From Eledone cirrhosa (taxonomy: Eukaryota): a DNA stretch of 64,000 bases. Made by a program: the position numbers and the translations under genes. Positions 55,338-64,000 of the stretch are shown here, piece by piece (position 1 is the stretch's first letter; each line of letters starts with the position of its first letter). The notes under the pieces are model-generated. The model made no database searches and had not been told where the DNA came from. It saw nothing but the letters and a program-made list of their open reading frames with translations. The DNA is taken from positions 31,682,001 through 31,746,000 of the forward strand of contig OZ024760.1 of assembly GCA_964016885.1 (NCBI GenBank), given 5' to 3'.

Positions 55338-58300
55338 ATGGCTGATATAAGAGTTGGGTGTCTGAATGTACGCGGCCTGGGATTGTCTTGGAAACAAGGC
55401 AAACTTTTAAACGATCTCAGGTCGCATAGAATGGATGTAATGGCTATTTGCGAGTTCAGGATCAGCAGCAAGCACCAACTGGCGCCCCTCTTCGACGACT
55501 TTGAGATCTTCGCATCTCTCTGTCAACCGGGGGCTGGGGGTGGAGTTGTCGTTCTGCTGCGAAAACACCTGGGCCTCGCCATACAGAAGGTGCACCTGGA
55601 CCCGGAGGGTCGACTGGTGGTTTTAGACGTCGGCAGTAGTGAAAGTGGAGCCCTTAGACTAATTGCTGTGTACGCCCCTTTTTGGGCAGCGTGGCCGGAA
55701 TACTTCCAACGTCTGGAAACTTTTCTGGGAACGTCCCGCTCCTTGCTTTTAGTGGGGGACTGGAATGGTATCCTGGATGCACGTTGGGACTATGTAGGGG
55801 CATGTGCCAATAGAGGGGGGTGTAAAAGCCTCAAAAGGTTAATCGGCCGATTTGACCTGGCCGATAGATATCGACTAGATTTTCCGACTGTACCACTATG
55901 GACGTGGACCAATCGCAGCGGAACATCTAGGTCGTACCTAGATAGGGTCCTAGTTAGAGAGAAGGATAGGGACACATTTAGCTGTCCAAAAATGTTCATG
56001 GTTGACTATTCGGATCACAAGTTAGTGACCTGCATAGCCAACCTTGATAGAACCCATAGACAGGGACCCGGTTACTGGAAGCTGAACTTGTCCTTACCGA
56101 CAAGCAAAGCTTACAGTAAACGGATTAGCACGTTATTTAAGCAGAGTTTGACAGGGGCAATTGTCAACAACAGGTGGTGGAGCTCTCTTAAGAGAGCAAT
56201 TAGAATAGAATCGATAGGTTTTAGTCAGGAATTAGCAAGGGATAGGAACAAGACGGAAAGGGAATTAGTAGATAGAGTAGAAGAGGTGATTAGGAGTGGC
56301 AATGTAGCCAGCGTGCTGGCATCAAGAATGGCCTTAGACCAGTTCTTTGAGGTGAAGCATGAAGGCTGCGTTGTCAGGAGTAAAATACGTGCTCTGGGTA
56401 ATAAGGGAGCCAAAGCTGTTAGCTGGGCCCAAGTGACAGAGGCAAAAAGTGGGAACAAGTCCACGATTCGGTCTTTGAAGGACCAGGATGGGCGTGTGAT
56501 CCTTGAACCTGGGCAGATGTGTGCGGCCTTTCAGCGGCACTTTGCACAACTGTTCGAGAGGGGCGGCGCGCCGGGTGAGACTATGGATTTCAATCCATAC
56601 CTCGACGGTCTGCCGCGCCTCTCGGACGTGGAGGCAAAGTCCTGCGAAAGGTCGATTTCAGCTGCTGAGATAGGGGCGGTGCTGAGCCAATGCGGCAAAC
56701 GCAAATCCCCGGGTCTCGATGGTCTACCATACGAGCTATATGTAGCGATGCTGGACTTGTTCTCCGATATCCTCGAAGCGGTCTACTGCAACTGACAGCA
56801 GAATGGGAGAATTCCCAGTTCTGTGACCAAGGGCGTAGTTACGCTGGTGAGGAAGGATGAGAACAAAGGGGATGACATAAGTAACTTCAGGCCCATAACT
56901 CTGCTAAATACAGAGTTAAAGATTTTGGCCAAGGTGTTAGCAAAAAGGTTGGCGCTTGTCGTCGGAAACCTGGTGGGAGAAGCGCAGACATGCGCAATCC
57001 CATCCAGGTCCATTCACGACAATCTCCACCTTATGCGATACATCATAGAGAGGGTAGGGAATGAACCCGGCTTTGGTGGGGCCCTGATCAACTTGGATCA
57101 ATCTAAAGCTTTCGATAGGGTTGACCATCGTTACCTGGATGCGGTGCTCGCGGCGGCAGGCTTCGGACCCGTTTTCAGGGGTTGGATTGCTGCGATGCAC
57201 AGCAGCAACGTCTGCTCAAGGGTCAAGGTGAACGGCCACCTCTCGGAGCTGTTCCAAATCATGCGATCCATCTGACAGGGATGCCCTCTCTCCTCCCTTC
57301 TTTATGTGCTGGCTCTTGAGCCACTATTGCGGAAGTTGGAGCGGTTGCAGGGCATCCCTTTGGAACCGGGATTGCAGAAAGCGGCGTCGGCCTACGCCGA
57401 TGACGTGACAGTAATGGTGTCGAAAACCTCGCAAATCGGTGAGATTGGCACCTTACTGGAGGAATATGAAAGGTTTACAGGAGCCAAGCTGAACCGGGAC
57501 AAGTCCGTCGGTTTGCAACTCGGAACATGGAGAGGCAAACCGATGCCCTCCAATGACGTCGTCGGACACTGGACGGAGGGCCCGGTGAAGCTGCTTGGGG
57601 TCTGGTTCGGACCAGACCTCCAGGTGGAGAAAAACTGGAACGAGGTAACGGCCAGGGTGTTTGCACTCACCCAGAAGTGGGCCCAGTGCAAACTATTCCT
57701 GAAAGGTCGAGCGGAGGTGGCGAATACTTATATAGCATCCGTCATCTACTACCGCTTGACCGTCGTGCCTTGCCCAGTGAAAAGACTCGCCAAAATGGAG
57801 TGTGCGCTGTTCCAATTTCTTTGGAACAAGTGGACCCCTTTGGTGAGGAGATCCATCTGCTGTCAACACCCTTCGAAAGGAGGGCTGGGGATGCCATGGC
57901 TACAGATGCGTAAACACGCATTAAGGCTACGGCACCTCCAGGTATTCCTCACCGGTCAACCGGTGTGGGCCCCATTTGTGAGGCGAGCTTTTCCCAGACT
58001 CGTCTCGCTCACCGAGCTGCAATCCTGGGTCAAGCAAAGACCGAGAAAAGTGAATAAGATCTGTCCGAGATGCGTGCATGACGACGAAACCGTTGCGCAC
58101 GCATTCGTACACTGCCCAGGCATTGCTGACCTGTGGGGCTATGTGGAACGACTACTGTCAAGGGTGGCACCAATCCGGTTGACCACCGAGTCCATTCTCA
58201 CGATCAAACCGCCTCCCCCTTTCAAAAACGAAGGAGAGGCGGTTTTTCTCTGTGTGATAGCCATGGCTAAAGAAGTTGTATGGTGGACGAGGCTGAAAGG

Positions 58301-58478
58301 GCTGAGGTCAGACACCTTTCTCTCCGGCCAACAACTGGTCCCCTTTTTCAAATACCATTTTAAAAGAAGGATCAGAATGGAGAGAGAGGTGCTCTACCCC
58401 AGCAAGTTTTATGAAAGGTGGGTGAAAGTAGGGAGAATGGCCAGAGTGAATGGGTCTTCTCTCTATATCAGCCTGTAG
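55338..58478 (+). pseudogene. LINE ORF2 (APE endonuclease + reverse transcriptase), two in-frame TGA stops
   Basis: LNVRGL, GDWN, YLDRV, SDH; SPGLDG, FRPITLLN, LDQSKAFDRV, QGCPLS, AYADD; CPRC...ETVAHAFVHC; the three ORFs share one frame. Confidence 0.95.
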
Positions 58479-58715
58479 GTGAAAGAAGAGGAAAAAGAGG
58501 AGACGAGGGAAGCACCTACTCTTTGTGCTCCTGAGGAGAAGGGTTGCACATTTTTTCCGGGGTGTGTGCGACCCATGTTAATGCCCCCTCCCTATTGAGG
58601 ACTTCGTTTGTTGTTGTTATTTCATTGTTATATTTTTGTACTCGTTAATTATTTGTAAACTTCCCCCCTTGTATCTGTCCCTACCTTTTGTGCGCTGGTG
58701 GCAAATAAAGAAATC

Positions 58716-59640
58716 ACTCTATATATACTATTGTATTTTCACAGTAAAACTTTACCTCACATAATATCTGACATAACATTTACATTACTCTATATATACT
58801 ATTGTATTTTCATAGTAAAACTTTACCTCACATAATATCTCACATAAAATTTACATTACTCTATATATACTATTGTATTTTCATAGTAAAACTTTACCTC
58901 ACATAATATCTCACATAACATTTACATTGCTCTATATATACTATTGTATTTTCACAGTAAAGGCTTTACCTCACATAATATCTCACATAACATTTACATT
59001 ACTCTATATATACTATTATCTTGTCACAGTAAAGGCTTTACCTCACATAATATCTCACATAACATTTACATTGCTCTATATATACTATTGTATTTTCATA
59101 GTAAAACTTTACCTCACATAATATCTCACATAACATTTACATTACTCTATATATACTATTGTATTTTCATGGTAAAGGCTTTACCTCACATAATATCTCA
59201 CATAACATTTACATTACTCTATATATACTATTTTATTTTCACAGTAAAGGCTTTACCTCACATAATATCTCACATAACATTTACATTACTCTATATATAC
59301 TATTGTATTTTCACAGTAAAGGCTTTACCTCACATAATATCTCACATAACATTTACATTACTCTATATATACTATTGTATTTTCACAGTAAAGGCTTTAC
59401 CTCACATAATATCTCACATAACATTTACATTACTCTATATATACTATTGTATTTTCACAGTAAAGGCTTTACCTCACATAATATCTCACATAACATTTAC
59501 ATTACTCTATATATACTATTGTATTTTCACAGTAAAGGCTTTACCTCACATAATATCTCACATAACATTTACATTACTCTATATATACTATTATCTTGTC
59601 ACAGTAAAGGCTTTACCTCACATAATATCTCACATAACAT
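58716..59640. repeat. 72-bp minisatellite, right block
   Basis: Same unit as 52700-53340, more homogeneous. Confidence 0.95.
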
Positions 59641-60115
59641 CGAATCTATGAGATTTTGAAAGTATTTATTTCAAGAACAATTCCTTAACATCAGTTTCAG
59701 CAACCGATTATAGCCAGTTTCAACAGAAAGAGGTAGAACATTTTTGCTGGTTTCGGCCGGTTTGAACATTAAAGGGTTAAGTCATAATATCTCCATAGCG
59801 CCCATTTCTCTATGTTCTGAACAGGACAGGGGTTGTGTTGCTCAACCCATTAATTACCATATTTCTAAAGAAAGATACTGCCTATATATTGCAATTAATT
59901 TTGAAAATAATGAAAAATTTAGATGGATTTAATTACATAACTAAGTTTTTAATTATCAAACTGGTGTTTGGAATATAACTTAACAAAGGTTCTTATATAA
60001 AATTATGATGGAAGGTGTTCTAGATAAATATAAACACTTTCAAACATTCTCTCATACGTCAGTGTCGAAGAACCTAGAACATAGCTTAACAGAGGTTCGC
60101 TGACATATGTGTCTA

Positions 60116-60177
<62 letters not shown>

Positions 60178-60220
60178 TGTGTGTGTGTGTGTCAGTGTAA
60201 AAAACAGCTAGGGGTTGTAC

Positions 60221-60323
60221 CTTCTTGGGAAGCCTTCGCCAACATAAGCTTCATCTGTTCCATCAGTTCCACAAGACGACTGCTGATGTTTTCTTCACCT
60301 TCCATACTTAGTAGCTTACACAT
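60221..60323 (-). CDS. Most 5' visible exon (MCKLLSMEGEENISSRLVELMEQMKLMLAKASQE)
   Basis: Acceptor tattatacag|, donor AAG|gtacaa; only one open frame; ends in phase 1, matching exon 52557-52633. Confidence 0.8.
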
Positions 60324-60960
60324 CTGTATAATATAGAATATATACATTACACATCTGTAGAATATAGAATATATACATTACACATCTGTAGAATATAGAA
60401 TATATACATTACACATCTGTATAATATAGAATATATACATTACACATCTGTATAATATAGAATATACACATTACACATCTGTAGAATATAGAATATATAC
60501 ATTACACATCTGTAGAATATAGAATATATACATTACACATCTGTAGAATATAGAATATATACATTACACATCTGTATAATATAGAATATATACATTACAC
60601 AGCTGTAGAATATAGAATATATACATTACACATCTGTAGAATATAGAATATATACATTACACAGCTGTAGAATATAGAATATATACATTAAACATCTGTA
60701 GAATATAGAATATATACATTACACAGCTGTAGAATATAGAATATATACATTACACAGCTGCAGAATATAGAATATACACATTACACAGCTGTAGATTATA
60801 GAATATATACATTACACATCTGTAGAATATAGAATATATACATTATACAGCTGTAGAATATAGAATATATACATTACACAGCTGTAGAATATAGAATATA
60901 TATATTACACAGCTGTAGAATATAGAATATATACATTACACATATGTAGAATATAGAATA
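60317..60960. repeat. 31-bp minisatellite, about 20 copies, overlapping the exon boundary
   Basis: Unit tacacatctgtagaatatagaatatatacat. Confidence 0.95.
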
Positions 60961-61089
60961 TATATATACACACACACACAGATACATATATATATGTGTG
61001 TGTGTCTAATACACATTGATAACACACATACTCTCCATACAATAAACACACACATACATGTATATATGTGTGTGTGTCTAATACACATT

Positions 61090-64000
61090 GTTAACACACA
61101 CACTCTCCATACAATAAACACATTCTCCATACAATAAACACACTCTCCATACAATAAACACACTCTCCATACAACATACAATAAACACACTCTCCATACC
61201 ATAAACACACTCTCCATACAATAAACAAACTCTCATACAATAAACACACTCTCCATACAATAAACACACTCTCATACAATAAACACACTCTCCATACCGT
61301 AAACACACTCTCATAGAATAAACACACTCTCCATACAATAAACAAACTCTCATACAATAAAAACACTCTCATACAATAAACACACTCTCCATACAATAAA
61401 CACACTCACCATACAATAAACACACTCTCCATACAATAAACACTCTCCATACAATAAACACTCTCCATACAATAAACACACTCTCATACAATAAACAGAC
61501 TCCATACAATAAACACACTCTCCATACAAAAAAACACACTCTCCATACAATAAACACACTCTCCATACAATAAACACACTCTCATACAATAAACACACTC
61601 TCCATACAATAAACACTCTCCATACAATAAACACACACTCATACAATAAACACACTCTCATACAATAAACACACTCTCCATACAATAAACACACTCTCAT
61701 ACAATAAACACACTCTCCATACAATAAACACACTCTCATACAATAAACACACTCTCCAAACAATAAACACACTCTCATACAATAAACACACTCTCCATAC
61801 AATAAACACACTCTCCATACAATAAACACACTTTCATACAATAAACACACTCTCCATACAATAAACACACTCTCCATACAATAAACACACTTTCATACAA
61901 TAAACACACTCTCCATACAATAAACACACTCTCCATTCAATAAACACACTCTCCATACAATAAACACACTCTCCATACAATAAACACACTCTCATACAAT
62001 AAACAAACTCTCCATTCAATAAACACACTCTCTATACAATAAATACACTCTCATACAATAAACACAGTCTCATACAATAAACACATTCTCATACAATAAA
62101 AACACTCTCATACAATAAACACACTCTCATACAATAAACACACTCTCCATACAATAAGCACACTCTCCATACAATAAACACACTCTCCATACAATAAACA
62201 CACTCTCATACAATAAACACACTCTCCATACAATAAACGCACTCTCATACAATAAACACACTCTCCATACAATAAACACACTCTCCATACAATAAACACA
62301 CTCTCCATACAATAAACACACTCTCATACCATAAACACACTCTCATTCAATAAACACACTCTCCATACAATAAACACTCTCCACACAATAAACACACTCA
62401 CCATACAGTAAATACACTCTCAATACAGTAAACACACTCTCAATACAATAAACACACTCTCATACAATAAACACCCTCTCATACAATAAACACACTCTCC
62501 ATACAATAAACACACTCTCATACAATAAACACACTCTATACAATAAACACACTCTCCATACAATAAACACACTCTCATACAATAAACACACTCTTCATAC
62601 AATAAATACACTCTCATACAATAAACACACTCCATACAATAAACACGCTCTCCATATAATAAACACTCTCCATACAATACGCACACTCTCCATACAATAA
62701 ACACACTCTCATACAATAAACACACTCTCCATACAATAAACACACTCTTATACAATAAACACACTCTCCATACAATAAACACACTCTCATACAATAAACA
62801 CCCTCTCATACAATAAACACACTCTCCATACAATAAACACACTCTCATACAATAAACACACTCTCATACAATAAACACACTCTCATACAATAAACACACT
62901 CTCCATACAATAAACACTCTCTTATACAATAAACACACTCTCCATACAATAAACACACTCTCATACAATAAACACCCTCTCATACAATAAACACAGTCTC
63001 CATACAATAAACACACTCTCATACAATAAACACACTCTCATACAATAAACACACTCTCATACAATAAACACACTCTCCATACAATAAACACACTCTTATA
63101 CAATAAACACACTCTCCATACAATAAACACACTCTCATACAATAAACACCCTCTCATACAATAAACACACTCTCCATACAATAAACACACTCTCATACAA
63201 TAAACACACTCTCATACAATAAACACACTCTCATACAATAAACACACTCTCCATACAATAAACACACTCTTATACAATAAACACACTCTCCATACAATAA
63301 ACACACACTCCATACAATAAACACACTCTCCATTCAATAAACACACTCTCCATACAATAAACACACTCTCATACAATAAACACACTCTCCATACAATAAA
63401 CACACTCTCATACAATAAACACACGCCATACAATAAACACACTCCATACAATAAACACACTCCATACAATAAACACACTCTCCATACAATAAACACTCTC
63501 CATACAATAAACACACTCTCATACAATAAACAGACTCTCCATACAATAAACACTCTCCATACAATAAACACACTCTCCATACAATAAACACTCTCCATAC
63601 AATAAACACACTCTCATACAATAAACACACTCTCATACAATAAACAGACTCTCCATACAATAAACACTCTCCATACAATAAACACACTCTCCATACAATA
63701 AACACTCTCCATACAATAAACACACTCTCATACAATAAACAGACTCCATACAATAAACACACTCTCCATACAAAAAAACACACTCTCATACAATAAACAC
63801 AGTCTCCATACAATAAACACACTCTCCATACAATAAACACAGTCTCATACAATAAACACACTCTCCATACAATAAACACTCACTATACAATAAACACACA
63901 CTCATACAATAAACACACTCTCATACAATAAACACACTCTCCATACAATAAACACACTCTCCATACAATAAACACTCCCCATACAATAAACACACTCTCA
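61090..64000. repeat. 18-20-bp minisatellite running off the window end
   Basis: Unit ctccatacaataaacacact with indel variants. Confidence 0.96.

Larger units (their letters stand above)
53341..58715 (+). mobile_element. Near full-length Tx1/L1-group non-LTR retrotransposon, antisense in the host intron
   Basis: About 200-bp 5' UTR, ORF1 with CCHC knuckle, ORF2 APE-RT-CCHC, 3' UTR ending aataaagaaatc. Confidence 0.92.
52687..59780. mobile_element. TTAA-flanked piggyBac-like non-autonomous element enlarged by satellite and LINE
   Basis: ttaa-cccttaagcatt ... aacattaaaggg-ttaa; degenerate TIRs. Confidence 0.6.

Noticed and set aside
56793-57275. Two in-frame TGAs in LINE ORF2 as read-through or recoding
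   Set aside because: The positions correspond to probable Trp (TGG) and the Arg of RQGCPLS (CGA); ORF1 is also frameshifted

Overview
AT-rich eukaryotic (animal) genomic DNA dominated by microsatellites, minisatellites and decayed retroelements. The SINE/MITE repertoire and repeat style resemble an octopod cephalopod (inference, not checked by search). Most listed ORFs are translations of (TA)n/(CA)n or satellites and are not genes. One real multi-exon gene lies on the minus strand (exons 60221-60323, 52557-52633, 50855-51067, 45770-45893, 34629-37075). Its splice phases are mutually consistent and give 987 aa with a coiled-coil-like N-part and a long Ser/Pro-rich tail; I do not recognise the product, and its 5' end is probably outside the window. 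One intron holds a nested structure: TTAA/piggyBac-like MITE > 72-bp satellite > near full-length Tx1/L1-group LINE. The window also holds at least four 5'-truncated Penelope-like elements (PLEs), two non-autonomous Helitron-like elements, tRNA-derived SINEs, a Tc1/mariner-like MITE and an R4/Dong-type LINE end that has seeded a 74-bp satellite. The most striking signal is about a dozen type I hammerhead ribozyme motifs of several sequence families. Most have a covarying palindromic helix III, many share a downstream TTGAGTRC motif, and most sit in or next to an unusually dense set of fold-back inverted repeats.
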